Shown here piece after piece: positions 20,224 to 29,601 of a DNA stretch of 64,000 bases. The stretch lies in the IMG/VR virus record IMGVR_UViG_3300025133_000023. One strand, written 5' to 3'. Below the pieces are notes generated by a model that ran no database searches, was not told the DNA's origin, and worked only from the letters and a program-made list of their open reading frames with translations. Each line of letters opens with the position of its first letter. Positions within the stretch are counted from its first letter, which is position 1. Position numbers and translations under genes: made by a program. The stretch is from a virus.

Positions 20224-20616
20224 ATGACCACGCTCGAATTCGCCACCCGTTTCCCCATGTTCCTCATCCTCCTCCCCACCCTCATCAGCATGGCGCTCCT
20301 CATCTACTGCAGCTGGGAGGATGAGATCGTCGCGGTCTACGACTTCGTCACCATGGGCATCAGCTCCTACCTGCAGCGCCGCACCGCCATCGTGCTGGAA
20401 GAGATGGTCGAAGAGGAGGAGAAGGAGGAGTTCATCTTCCCCGAGGGCATCGACTGGGACGGCGTCGAAGACATCACCGAAGATGAGGTCTTCGGCTACA
20501 TGCCCATCCCGGCTTCTACCCCCGAGGGCCGGCGCCAGCACCAGGCGTTCATGCTGTCTGAAGCCCGCGTGGTGGGGCAGAACAACGATAACATCGACCG
20601 CTGCCCCCGCCGTTAG
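20224..20616 (+). CDS. Membrane-anchored acidic protein
   Basis: AGGAG RBS, N-terminal TM; ends in TAG in frame with the next ORF. Confidence 0.6.
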   Translation: MTTLEFATRFPMFLILLPTLISMALLIYCSWEDEIVAVYDFVTMGISSYLQRRTAIVLEEMVEEEEKEEFIFPEGIDWDGVEDITEDEVFGYMPIPASTPEGRRQHQAFMLSEARVVGQNNDNIDRCPRR

Positions 20617-20994
20617 TTGGTCTACTCCAACTTCCGTAAGGGGGTCATGATCTGCCGTGAATGCGGTGGTGAGTGTCCCCTGGGGACGGACGACTACGAC
20701 AGCGTCATCCACCAGGGTGACTGCTCTCGGCTTCGGGTCATCCGAATGCTGAGGCAGTTCCCCATCATCAGCGATCTCGAGGTGCAGGCTCACACCTGCC
20801 ACGTCGATGGTCGCATCATCGACCACGGGATCAGCCGCACTTGCCCTGCCTGGGGTAGGCTCATGCGGGTCATTTCCCGTAACCCTGTTCCTGGCTGTTT
20901 CTGCAGCAAGGAGCAGATCCTGAAGTGCTACAACAAGCACTTCGTCACCTACGAAGAGGACGTGCTCGCCGCGGCCTTCTTCATCGAAGACTAG
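20617..20994 (+). CDS. Cys-rich (Zn-finger-like) protein
   Basis: CRECGGEC, CxxC-type motifs; continues the frame of the previous ORF; own ATG probably near 20648. Confidence 0.55.
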   Translation: MVYSNFRKGVMICRECGGECPLGTDDYDSVIHQGDCSRLRVIRMLRQFPIISDLEVQAHTCHVDGRIIDHGISRTCPAWGRLMRVISRNPVPGCFCSKEQILKCYNKHFVTYEEDVLAAAFFIED

Positions 20995-21022
20995 CCCATA
21001 CAGGGCAGAAAGAGAGAAGCTA

Positions 21023-21649
21023 ATGTCTACCAACAACTACGTCAACCTCTTCATCCACGAGGAGACGGTCAAGCGCACCAAGGTGCTCAAGTACCGCTCC
21101 CGGGTGAAGAAGACCGACCGCCTCGGCCGCAGCTACTACAAGCTCGAGGTCACGATGACCAAGGAGATCAAGGTCAAGCGCCTGGTCTACCGCGATCAGC
21201 GCAACGGACGCTTCGCCAGCAAGGCTGCGTTCCTGGCCGAGCAGGAGGGTGAGGTCCTGCCCCAGGTGTGGCCGAGTAACCCCATGGGTGAGCTTCCTAC
21301 GACCACGGTGATGAGCATGGAGGGCATCGACGCCGACTGGAAGGTCAAGAGCGAGCTGCTGGAGGCGGCCTACGACAGCCAGGAGCTGGCCGAGTGGATG
21401 GAGGGCTTCGACGCCTCCCATCCCGTGGGGAGCAAGGCCGAGAAGCGGCTGCCGACGAGCGAGGCCCGCTACAACGAGGTCATGGAGTGGCTGCAGTTCG
21501 AGCAGAGCTGGGACCACAGCATCCTCGTGGTGGTGGAAACGCCCGAGCCCCGCGTCCTCAACAACCTGGCCTTCCAGCAGGCCCGCGTCAAGCTGCTCGT
21601 CCGCAAGGGCATGAGCAAGGAAGACGCCTACAACGAGGTGATGGCATGA
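21023..21649 (+). CDS. Hypothetical protein
   Basis: 208 aa; strong codon bias. Confidence 0.65.
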   Translation: MSTNNYVNLFIHEETVKRTKVLKYRSRVKKTDRLGRSYYKLEVTMTKEIKVKRLVYRDQRNGRFASKAAFLAEQEGEVLPQVWPSNPMGELPTTTVMSMEGIDADWKVKSELLEAAYDSQELAEWMEGFDASHPVGSKAEKRLPTSEARYNEVMEWLQFEQSWDHSILVVVETPEPRVLNNLAFQQARVKLLVRKGMSKEDAYNEVMA

Positions 21650-22158
21650 TCAAGTCTCAGACAAACCCGTGGCTGCACTTTGGTCGGTGCGTGGACGCTC
21701 TTCGGAGTGCTCTGCCCATGGCCAAGTTCCTGTACGAGGGAGATCTCGTTCAGGACCACATGCACACCAACACCCCCACCCCCACCCTGTTCGTTCGACA
21801 CGAGTGCGGACGGATCGTGGGCCACGTGCGCTACGACAAGAGCATGGTCTGCAGTCGACGGTACGTGTCCTACTACACCCGTCTCAGCGGTGGCAAGGGT
21901 GGCGGCGGCGAGGTCACCATCGAGGAGCTCTTGCGGGCGTTCAAGGAGACGTACAAGGACAGCGAGCCGATTCCCTACCCGCCGAAGCCCCTGTGGCTGG
22001 CCGAGAAGAACTACCGCTGGTTCACGTTGCAGATGGCAGTGTCGGAAACGTTCTGGCACATCCTCGACCTCCGGTTGGATCGGCACAAGTCCGACCAGCG
22101 TGTGGGTACCATTCGTCCCGGTCGTGTCAGCGGCTGGGACATCAACTGGAGCCAGTAG
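21646..22158 (+). CDS. Hypothetical protein
   Basis: ATGA overlap with the upstream stop. Confidence 0.6.
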   Translation: MIKSQTNPWLHFGRCVDALRSALPMAKFLYEGDLVQDHMHTNTPTPTLFVRHECGRIVGHVRYDKSMVCSRRYVSYYTRLSGGKGGGGEVTIEELLRAFKETYKDSEPIPYPPKPLWLAEKNYRWFTLQMAVSETFWHILDLRLDRHKSDQRVGTIRPGRVSGWDINWSQ

Positions 22159-22159
22159 C

Positions 22160-22315
22160 ATGGACTTCCCCAAGACCAAGGGCGCCACCTACGTCAACCT
22201 CCTGAACATTCTGGACCAGCTCCGGTTCCAGAAGTTCATCAATCAGAATCGCTGTGAGGACTGGGTCGTCGAGATCTGCTCCTACATGGCACCCATCAAC
22301 AAGCAGGAGAACTAG
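22160..22315 (+). CDS. Small hypothetical protein
   Basis: ATG one nt after the upstream TAG; codon bias. Confidence 0.5.
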   Translation: MDFPKTKGATYVNLLNILDQLRFQKFINQNRCEDWVVEICSYMAPINKQEN

Positions 22316-22317
22316 CC

Positions 22318-22500
22318 ATGTTCGAGACCCTTTTCTCTTCCCTGTCCCTTCAGGTGGAACTGGACGGCTTCAACAATGCGCTCAAGGCGCTCCAGGCCGA
22401 GTACACCGAAGAAATGGACCAGGTCGTCTGGGACTGGTCCTGGGAGCTCGAAGACGACCACATCGCATACGCCAACACCCTCACCCCGGCTGTTGCCTAG
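22318..22500 (+). CDS. Small acidic hypothetical protein
   Basis: AGGAG RBS; TAG-CC-ATG junction. Confidence 0.55.
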   Translation: MFETLFSSLSLQVELDGFNNALKALQAEYTEEMDQVVWDWSWELEDDHIAYANTLTPAVA

Positions 22501-22551
22501 CTAGACTCAACTCATCCACGCCAGGAATGGCGAGATCAAGGAGAAGAAGTA

Positions 22552-23163
22552 ATGCCCGTTTTCGACCCCAACAACCCCAATGATAAGGTGGCCCTGGCCG
22601 CCTTCAGCAGCAACCACTTCTACGCCGACACCCGCAACCCGCTCCTCAAGGAGGACAACACCATGACCAGCAAGCTCAAGAACATCGCCACCCTCGCCCT
22701 CATCATCTTCTGCCTGGGGGCGGTGCTGTTCCTCACCATCCGCGCCGTCAGCGTGCTCAGCAACCCCACGAGCAACGGCATCATCACCATCCCGTCCTGG
22801 GGTGAGGGCGTCCTCCTCTGCGGGGACAAGCACAACAAGGTGACCGAGGGGGACAACCACTACTGGAACGACGTCTACGGTGCCTGGACGGTCAACGCCG
22901 GCCACATGGACGACATCGAGCTGGACGAGCTCAAGTATGTGGCCACCTTCACCTGCCCCTACAACACCAAGGGCATCCGGGGCATCGCCACGCACGACCA
23001 CTTCTTCACCAACGACGGAAAGGAGATCAAGTTCCACGCCGTTCAGATCGTGGAAGAGGGTGTCGACATCAGCAACGGTGGACTCAAGACCGCCGACGCT
23101 GAGCTGGAGCAGCACATGCGCTACGTGTGTGACCATGACTTCAACGCCATCCTGAGGAAGTAG
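22552..23163 (+). CDS. Membrane-anchored hypothetical protein
   Basis: AAGGAG RBS; one TM segment. Confidence 0.65.
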   Translation: MPVFDPNNPNDKVALAAFSSNHFYADTRNPLLKEDNTMTSKLKNIATLALIIFCLGAVLFLTIRAVSVLSNPTSNGIITIPSWGEGVLLCGDKHNKVTEGDNHYWNDVYGAWTVNAGHMDDIELDELKYVATFTCPYNTKGIRGIATHDHFFTNDGKEIKFHAVQIVEEGVDISNGGLKTADAELEQHMRYVCDHDFNAILRK

Positions 23164-23183
23164 TCGCTAGAAACACCCCAAAC

Positions 23184-23251
23184 TTGAACTGATCGCACTT
23201 ACTGCTCATGGCCTAATTCTGGGTCATGGGCAGTGGGGGTTATTAGTTCAA
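23184..23251 (+). promoter_or_regulatory. Long imperfect rod hairpin
   Basis: TTGAACTGAT/ATTAGTTCAA outer stem plus ACTGCTCATGGCC/GGTCATGGGCAGT inner stem. Confidence 0.55.
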
Positions 23252-23269
23252 CTGCTCATAGGAGATAGA

Positions 23270-23407
23270 ATGAAAAGCTGCTTTTCCATCCTTGCCCCCC
23301 TGGCGATCATCGCCCTCATCTTTTTCATGGGCCTCACCAAGGCCTTCGTCATCTTCATCATGATCATGATCGTCGGGGGATTCACCCTCGGCCTGCTGGG
23401 AGAATAA
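23270..23407 (+). CDS. Small hydrophobic membrane peptide (45 aa)
   Basis: AGGAG RBS plus ATG; almost entirely hydrophobic. Confidence 0.5.
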   Translation: MKSCFSILAPLAIIALIFFMGLTKAFVIFIMIMIVGGFTLGLLGE

Positions 23408-23413
23408 AAATAA

Positions 23414-23779
23414 ATGTCTAGCCTGTTCACCGTTCCCGCCACCAAGTACCTCACCGTTCAGTTCTTCATGGGGAAGCGCGACGACCGCACGTTCTCGGTG
23501 TGGTGCAAGACCAACATGGGCTTCAAGCCCGACGAGCCCCACGAGTGGTACTACGACGTCAAGCTCGGTGAGCCCGGGGAGCTGATGGTCTCCGTGCCCA
23601 AGAGCCACAGCAGCGAGAACTGGTTGCGGTGGGGGGATCGCGGTACCGAGATCGACATCAAGGACGCCTACGACTTCCTGGCCCAGCTGGAGAAGGAGCA
23701 GTCGCACCGTGGCGACATCAAGCTGACCGTCAACATGCCCCCGTCCGAGTTCAACATCAACTTCGTGGAGGCCAAGTAG
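23414..23779 (+). CDS. Hypothetical protein
   Basis: 121 aa; codon bias. Confidence 0.6.
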   Translation: MSSLFTVPATKYLTVQFFMGKRDDRTFSVWCKTNMGFKPDEPHEWYYDVKLGEPGELMVSVPKSHSSENWLRWGDRGTEIDIKDAYDFLAQLEKEQSHRGDIKLTVNMPPSEFNINFVEAK

Positions 23780-23781
23780 TC

Positions 23782-24012
23782 ATGAACAACAACATCGCGC
23801 TCATCGTGCTCGGCTGCCTCTGCCTCGGGTGGGTCCAGTTCGCTACCGTCCTCATCGCCTATAGTGCCACTCAGGCCAAGAGCAAGCCCCTCGGGGTGAT
23901 GTCGGTGCTGTGCTGGCTCATCCTCGCCTTCCTCTGCTCGGTCATCGTCATCGACCAGTTCATCCTCCTCCCCTGGTTGGAGGAGACCAACTTCCACGTC
24001 TGCGGCAAGTAG
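23782..24012 (+). CDS. Small two-TM membrane protein
   Basis: GGAGG RBS; TAG-TC-ATG junction. Confidence 0.55.
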   Translation: MNNNIALIVLGCLCLGWVQFATVLIAYSATQAKSKPLGVMSVLCWLILAFLCSVIVIDQFILLPWLEETNFHVCGK

Positions 24013-24037
24013 CCCGTAGAAGAAAGGAGAATGCTAG

Positions 24038-24442
24038 ATGTCTGAGAAAATCAAGTGGCGGTTCCAGTTCCGTACGGGACTGGACAAGCAGTGCAGCTGG
24101 ACCAACCCCGACGAGATGTATCCACATTTCGATCGAGAGATGATCACCGAAAACATGATCACGGGATTCATGTCCAAGTACCTTTGGGGACCGAACAAGA
24201 AGACGGTCCTCGAAGTTCATGACGAGCACAAGGGTGACAAGCACCTGCAGGACGTGACCGCTGCCAACACCTACTGGGTGTGGCGCACCGGCTTCACGAT
24301 CTACGTGTGCCACGGTGTCCACTTCAAAACCAACAACATCGAGCCCAAGAAGATCGGAGCCCACAAGTGTCACATCTCGGAAGAGGTGATCGACACGGTG
24401 TGGGAGCTCATGTTCGAGGGTGCGGCTGAGGAGAACGGTTAG
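24038..24442 (+). CDS. Hypothetical protein
   Basis: AAAGGAG RBS. Confidence 0.6.
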   Translation: MSEKIKWRFQFRTGLDKQCSWTNPDEMYPHFDREMITENMITGFMSKYLWGPNKKTVLEVHDEHKGDKHLQDVTAANTYWVWRTGFTIYVCHGVHFKTNNIEPKKIGAHKCHISEEVIDTVWELMFEGAAEENG

Positions 24443-24628
24443 ATGGCCAAGAAGAAGTTTGAGAGGAACAACAGTCTCGGGGGACGAACCGCCTCGCGGG
24501 TGAACAAGCTGATCTCGCAGCGACGGCAGGTCGCTCTTGACAACCGGTGGGATCGCGGACCTCGCGTGACCACTACCAACCGTAACAAGGACTGGAAGCG
24601 CATCAGCATCCAGTCCGAGGAGAGCTAG
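24443..24628 (+). CDS. Small basic protein
   Basis: GAGGAG RBS; Arg/Lys-rich. Confidence 0.55.
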   Translation: MAKKKFERNNSLGGRTASRVNKLISQRRQVALDNRWDRGPRVTTTNRNKDWKRISIQSEES

Positions 24629-24630
24629 TC

Positions 24631-25479
24631 ATGTTCGGAATAGCACAGCAGTTCAGCGAAGAGGGCCTGACCAAGAAGGTGCTGGAGCGCGTCTTCTTCC
24701 TGGCCTTCGGCGTCTGGGCCATGTTCTTCATCATGGACCACATGGCGAGCACGTGGGCGACTGTCATCGCCTCTCTCCTGGCGGTGGGTACGGCTCTCAG
24801 CAGCTCCCTGCCGCGTTGGGCGTTGCTCTGGTACGAGCGTCGCCACTTCCTGATCGAAATCACCTTCGGGGGGGTGTCATGGCTCCTCAGCGGGGGAGCT
24901 GGCGGCATCGGACTCGTCAACTTCATGTTCGCGTCGACGGCGGCTGTGAGCTTCATCAAGATGCTCAACGCCCGCCGAGGCACACTCAAGGGAGAAACCT
25001 TCTACCAATACCTCCTCAAGAGCCGCTTCCACTGGCTCTTTGCCTACGGGTTCCGACCCATGGACAAGAACTGGCGATGGCCCTCGACCCGTGTCGAGGA
25101 CGAGGATGGCGTACACTACGAGTTCGAGAAGGCGGGCTTCCTTGATTGGAAGTACCTGCTCGGGCACTGGCGGAATCGATCGATCAAGGGCTACGACTAC
25201 TGGGTCACGCCTGAAGTCCATCCCATGCCCCCGCTGTGGATGAAGTACGTCAACAGTAGCCAGTACTGGCTTGCTGTCGATGACCACAACGCTTCGATGG
25301 CTTCCAGCCAGCACATGACCCAGCTCGTGGGAGTGCGGAACGAGGCCGTCAAGAAGCTCGAAGAGCTGCTCTCCAACAAACCCTCCAACAAGAACCAGAA
25401 CTCGGTGTGGATCGCACGGATGCATCGCCTCCAGATCCTCATCGACTCCCTCAACACCCAGATCGAAGGGATTAAGTAG
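24631..25479 (+). CDS. Membrane protein
   Basis: 282 aa; N-terminal TM helices. Confidence 0.65.
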   Translation: MFGIAQQFSEEGLTKKVLERVFFLAFGVWAMFFIMDHMASTWATVIASLLAVGTALSSSLPRWALLWYERRHFLIEITFGGVSWLLSGGAGGIGLVNFMFASTAAVSFIKMLNARRGTLKGETFYQYLLKSRFHWLFAYGFRPMDKNWRWPSTRVEDEDGVHYEFEKAGFLDWKYLLGHWRNRSIKGYDYWVTPEVHPMPPLWMKYVNSSQYWLAVDDHNASMASSQHMTQLVGVRNEAVKKLEELLSNKPSNKNQNSVWIARMHRLQILIDSLNTQIEGIK

Positions 25480-25481
25480 TA

Positions 25482-25958
25482 ATGAACATCGACAAGCCCA
25501 AGTGGGCGCAACTCCTTGACAGCGGAACGGATCTCCTCCTCCGTGGTGGAGACACCATCATGGACAACACCTTGGGGCGGCTGAAAGCTCCTCTGGCTGA
25601 TGAGGAAAAGGCCCGCATCTACGTCGAGACCACGACCAATGTCCTCTCCCACACCACGGGAGCGGACCTCGGTGACCAGGAGAAGCTGGCGAAGTTGGCA
25701 GCGATAGAGGACCAGCTTGCCCAGTATGGCGAGCTCAACCGTCAGCAGCGGAACAGTGTTGGGAAGCAGTTGCTCAAGGACATGAGCAACCCCGACACGT
25801 TCGTCGCGGAAGAAGAGAAGAAGGAAGTGGAAGAGCGTCCCGCGTGGCAGTGGGTGCTGTTCCTCATCGTTAATTTGTTTATGCTCCTGTTCAACCGGGG
25901 ACTCTACACCAACAAGGAGGTCGAGAACTACATCAACCAGAGCAAGGAGAAGAAGTGA
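25482..25958 (+). CDS. Hypothetical protein with C-terminal TM
   Basis: 158 aa. Confidence 0.6.
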   Translation: MNIDKPKWAQLLDSGTDLLLRGGDTIMDNTLGRLKAPLADEEKARIYVETTTNVLSHTTGADLGDQEKLAKLAAIEDQLAQYGELNRQQRNSVGKQLLKDMSNPDTFVAEEEKKEVEERPAWQWVLFLIVNLFMLLFNRGLYTNKEVENYINQSKEKK

Positions 25959-26209
25959 TGCGTACCAGAATCCTCATGGTCGGTGAGATCGACGGCGACG
26001 GCATCCAGTTCCAGCTGGATGAAACCAAGAACACCTACATGTGGAAGGGTGAAGCCACCCTCGGCTACGGCATCCACCGCATCGTCCGCGACACGGACAT
26101 GAACGAGGTGGAAACCCTCCACGATGTTCAGCAGTCCGTTGCTGGCGCCCTGTTCGAGTTCAACAAGCTGGCCGTCCTGATCAAGGCTGGTGCTTTCAAG
26201 TCCAACTAG
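25955..26209 (+). CDS. Hypothetical protein
   Basis: Overlaps the upstream stop; AAGGAG RBS. Confidence 0.55.
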   Translation: MMRTRILMVGEIDGDGIQFQLDETKNTYMWKGEATLGYGIHRIVRDTDMNEVETLHDVQQSVAGALFEFNKLAVLIKAGAFKSN

Positions 26210-26281
26210 AGGAGGCAGAGGAAATGTGCATTCGTGGTCCACCGTCCTTCTCTTCAACAGAGACGGACACCAACAACATAC

Positions 26282-26296
26282 GCTCTTGAAAGGAGC
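26282..26296 (+). promoter_or_regulatory. TTGAARG-loop hairpin over the SD, copy 3
   Basis: GCTC-TTGAAAG-GAGC, ATG at 26303. Confidence 0.6.
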
Positions 26297-26302
26297 AATC
26301 TC

Positions 26303-26746
26303 ATGGAAGACATCCGCAACAAGTACTTCATCCTCGAAGACGATATGGGGAACCAGTACGTTGAGTACGCCACCTCCGACACCCAGGCCTTGGAGCAGGC
26401 AGAAGAAAAGTGGCCCACGGTCACCTTCGTCCGCATCACCTTCCACGGAACCAACCCCCCGCTCTGGTACAAGCAGAGCAACAAGGAGAACAAGATGAAC
26501 ACCAACACCCAGGCCGGATTCACTCTCATCGAGCTCATGATCGTCATCGTGATCATCAGCATCATCGGGGCCCTGGTCCTCTCCAACTTCGACATCATCG
26601 GCACCCTCCTCGGTGCCGTCACGTTCGTCGTGTTCGTGCTCGTGGGTTGCGCCATCAGCGCGGGCTACAGCTCGGTCAAGTCGATCAAGCAGAAGATGGA
26701 CAACACGATGTCTTTCACCCCCAACAACAACAAGAAGGGAAACTAG
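26303..26746 (+). CDS. ORF whose 3' part (from ATG 26495, own AAGGAG RBS) is a type IV prepilin-like peptide
   Basis: MNTNTQAG|FTLIELMIVIVIISIIG = class III signal (G-1, F+1, E+5) followed by a second TM. Confidence 0.7.
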   Translation: MEDIRNKYFILEDDMGNQYVEYATSDTQALEQAEEKWPTVTFVRITFHGTNPPLWYKQSNKENKMNTNTQAGFTLIELMIVIVIISIIGALVLSNFDIIGTLLGAVTFVVFVLVGCAISAGYSSVKSIKQKMDNTMSFTPNNNKKGN

Positions 26747-26748
26747 TC

Positions 26749-28164
26749 ATGGGTGCACACTGGCTCGGACAGAACTACATCGCCTGCAAGGGTGACGGCA
26801 CCACCACCGCCAAGGGTGGAATCGCATTGAGCCCGAAGGAGGTCACCTGCCGCCGATGCCGTCGGTGGATCGTGACCCTCATGGGAGCGAAACGATTCGA
26901 CCGAAACTGGACAACGGAAGACGTCCAGGCCGCTGAGATCAACAACAACCCGGAGAACACCGACATGCCCCCGACCGACCCCACCACGCCCGCCGCCCCC
27001 AACGCCTACAACTGCGCCAACTGCAACAAGGAGCAGAAGCTGACGATCGTCACCGACCAGAAGGTCTTCTGCGACGAGAAGTGCATGCTGGAATACGTGC
27101 AGGCGAGTGCCAAGGAGCAGGATGATATGGACAAGGAGATCGACGACCTGATCGCCAAGGAGCGGGAGATCAACAGCCCCAAGGGCACCACCCCCAAGAC
27201 GGAGAGCAAGACCATGCCCGACCCGACCCCCACCGCCCCGACCAACGACAACCCCAACAAGGATGACAAGACCATGACCGACCCGACCCCCACCGCCCCG
27301 CCCCTGTTCACCTACGACCCCGAGAACAAGGAGACCGCGTTCCACTACCAGAACCTCCCCGCCGCCATGGCTGACTGGAAGGAGGCGATCGTCTTCAGCT
27401 ACATGGGCAAGGACGACAAGAAGGTCATCCGCCGCGAGGAGATGGAGGTCAAGGACCTGATGAACCTGTTCGAGACCATCCTGAACAACCGCACGGACAA
27501 GTACGGCTTCAACCCCATCCACCAGTACGTCTCCCTGACCGGTGACGTCACGCGGATGTTCGTCTACGCCGTGGACCGCAAGACGAAGAAGGCGACCCAC
27601 ACCCTGATCGAGCTCAAGCTCAAGGGCAAGGGCGACAAGGCCCGCGTGGTGGACACCTGCCACAGCAACCCCCGGGGCAAGGGCAACCACCCCAACATGG
27701 TCGCGCTCGGCGTGGCCTTCTCGGCCTTCAAGGCCAACACCAACGACAAGGAGAGTGACATGGAGAAGAAGAACGTGTTCATCCGCATGGCGCACAGCGT
27801 CAAGGACATGGCCATCAAGTTCGGCAAGAAGATGATGGGCTGGGCCCGCAGCTTCATGGGCTGGAACATCGAGCAGCGCTACGCCATCCTGGGTTCCGTG
27901 AGCGCGATGTACGGCGGCATGTGGTTCTGGTACCTGATGGGTGGCGCGCTGCCCATCTACGTGTTCGGCGTGAGCAACATCCTCTGGGTCGCGACCTGCG
28001 TCGGCTTCCTGGCGTCTTACGCGATCCTGGCCTACCTCTCCTACGCGGCCATCTACGCCGTCGTCGCGGGACTCGTGGCTCTGAAGAACACCGTGGGTGA
28101 GTTCATGGCCCTGAGCGATGCGTCCGTCTCCCCCGAGATGACCACCGCTGCCGCCAACGCCTAG
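26749..28164 (+). CDS. Modular protein: Zn-finger-like motifs, Pro/Thr repeats, C-terminal TM helices
   Basis: CRRC, CANC..FCDEKC, DPTPTAP repeats; start at the TAG-TC-ATG junction. Confidence 0.65.
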   Translation: MGAHWLGQNYIACKGDGTTTAKGGIALSPKEVTCRRCRRWIVTLMGAKRFDRNWTTEDVQAAEINNNPENTDMPPTDPTTPAAPNAYNCANCNKEQKLTIVTDQKVFCDEKCMLEYVQASAKEQDDMDKEIDDLIAKEREINSPKGTTPKTESKTMPDPTPTAPTNDNPNKDDKTMTDPTPTAPPLFTYDPENKETAFHYQNLPAAMADWKEAIVFSYMGKDDKKVIRREEMEVKDLMNLFETILNNRTDKYGFNPIHQYVSLTGDVTRMFVYAVDRKTKKATHTLIELKLKGKGDKARVVDTCHSNPRGKGNHPNMVALGVAFSAFKANTNDKESDMEKKNVFIRMAHSVKDMAIKFGKKMMGWARSFMGWNIEQRYAILGSVSAMYGGMWFWYLMGGALPIYVFGVSNILWVATCVGFLASYAILAYLSYAAIYAVVAGLVALKNTVGEFMALSDASVSPEMTTAAANA

Positions 28165-28249
28165 TCTGGCAACCAACAACCCATAGCTGAAGTCTAACCC
28201 AGGGGAATGGCACGTGGACCCATACTAACCGTGCCCAAAAGGAGAACAC

Positions 28250-28756
28250 ATGTTCAACTGGTTGTGGAGCAAGATCAAGGCTCCCTTTGAGACAGTTCCC
28301 GAGACCTTCGAGGTTCGGGATAGCGAGAACAACGCCATCGTGGCATACCAGCGGCCTGAGGAGATGGCCATCAAGCGGTGGGTGGCTGGAGCAGGCTACT
28401 CGATCCGTGAAGACATCGAAGAGGCCGTGGAGCTGGGGCAGGCGAGCACGCCCATGATCGGACTCGCCGTCCTCTACATCGGGATCATGTGGATCGGCTT
28501 GCTGGTCAGTGTGATCTTCGGCATGGCCCTGAAGGGAGCTGGTCTCCTGGCGATCTTGGTAGTGGTGTGGAAGATCACCTACGTCATGGTCGTCGCCACC
28601 CTGTTCCTCGTCAGCATCTACGGGGCGTTCCTCGGACTCGCTCTCGTGATCGCGAAGCGGGGATGGAAGCTGTTCAACCGCTACATCCGGCGTGAGCCGA
28701 TGTCGTGGAAGGATGCCTTCCAGCGTACCGTGGGCCGATTCGTCTACGCCAACTAA
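28250..28756 (+). CDS. Membrane protein
   Basis: AAGGAG RBS; 2-3 TM segments. Confidence 0.65.
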   Translation: MFNWLWSKIKAPFETVPETFEVRDSENNAIVAYQRPEEMAIKRWVAGAGYSIREDIEEAVELGQASTPMIGLAVLYIGIMWIGLLVSVIFGMALKGAGLLAILVVVWKITYVMVVATLFLVSIYGAFLGLALVIAKRGWKLFNRYIRREPMSWKDAFQRTVGRFVYAN

Positions 28757-28887
28757 CCCATAGCTAGGAGAACAACATGAACCCGATTAGGGCTCCTTGA
28801 GACTAACTGTTAACCTCGACCATGGGCGTATGTCGTTAAAGATCGCCCACCTTCGAGACAATCAACGTTACACGGAGATAGAGAACA

Positions 28888-29553
28888 ATGGCTACCAAGA
28901 GCAACGACCGCACCGGCCTCAACCGTCACCCCTTCAGCGATACGGGCGTCCACCCGTGGCGTTACCTGAACGTTCACATCAGCAAGATGCCGAAGCCCGT
29001 CCCGATGGTGGACTTCGAGCGGCTCGCTGAAACGGAGGGCGTCAGCCCCACCTTCATCGGCTACATCCGCAGCCACGAGGGTGACTTCCTGGGTGATGAT
29101 GGCATCGCGTGGACCGGCAACTACCGTGGGCTGAACGGGTTCCTGACGAAGGCTCTGTTCGAGCGGATCGATGGCATCCGCGAGATCATCGTCAAGAAGT
29201 CCTTCCTCGTGAAGGCCGACAAGACGATCAAGGGTGGGCACATGCCCACCTCCAAGTACAGCGAGAGCCTGTACTGCCACCTCGTCATCGGTCCCGTCAA
29301 GGGCGAGAACCTGCAGCCGGACACGTCGTACGTCCAGAAGGGAGACAAGTACTACAAGGTGGTGGAGCTGAAGGGCTTCAACATCGTGGACGTGAACGAC
29401 AACAGCTACGGGCTGCCCAAGCCCTGCGAGCACCCCGACGCCCCCAAGATCCGCAAGTGGGTCCAGGGGCTCTACGCGGCTCACGCGGCGAAGATGGCCA
29501 AGGCCAAGGCCAAGGCGGCTGACGTCGACACGACCGAGGACAACCCGCTCTAG
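28888..29553 (+). CDS. Hypothetical protein
   Basis: 221 aa; strong codon bias. Confidence 0.65.
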   Translation: MATKSNDRTGLNRHPFSDTGVHPWRYLNVHISKMPKPVPMVDFERLAETEGVSPTFIGYIRSHEGDFLGDDGIAWTGNYRGLNGFLTKALFERIDGIREIIVKKSFLVKADKTIKGGHMPTSKYSESLYCHLVIGPVKGENLQPDTSYVQKGDKYYKVVELKGFNIVDVNDNSYGLPKPCEHPDAPKIRKWVQGLYAAHAAKMAKAKAKAADVDTTEDNPL

Positions 29554-29567
29554 GTCAACAGAGCGAT

Positions 29568-29601
29568 CAGGGTGGGGGCTCTTAATTGAGCCCTCGCCCT
29601 G
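29568..29601 (+). promoter_or_regulatory. 14-bp hairpin between genes
   Basis: CAGGGTGGGGGCTC-TTAATT-GAGCCCTCGCCCTG; no U-tract. Confidence 0.5.
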
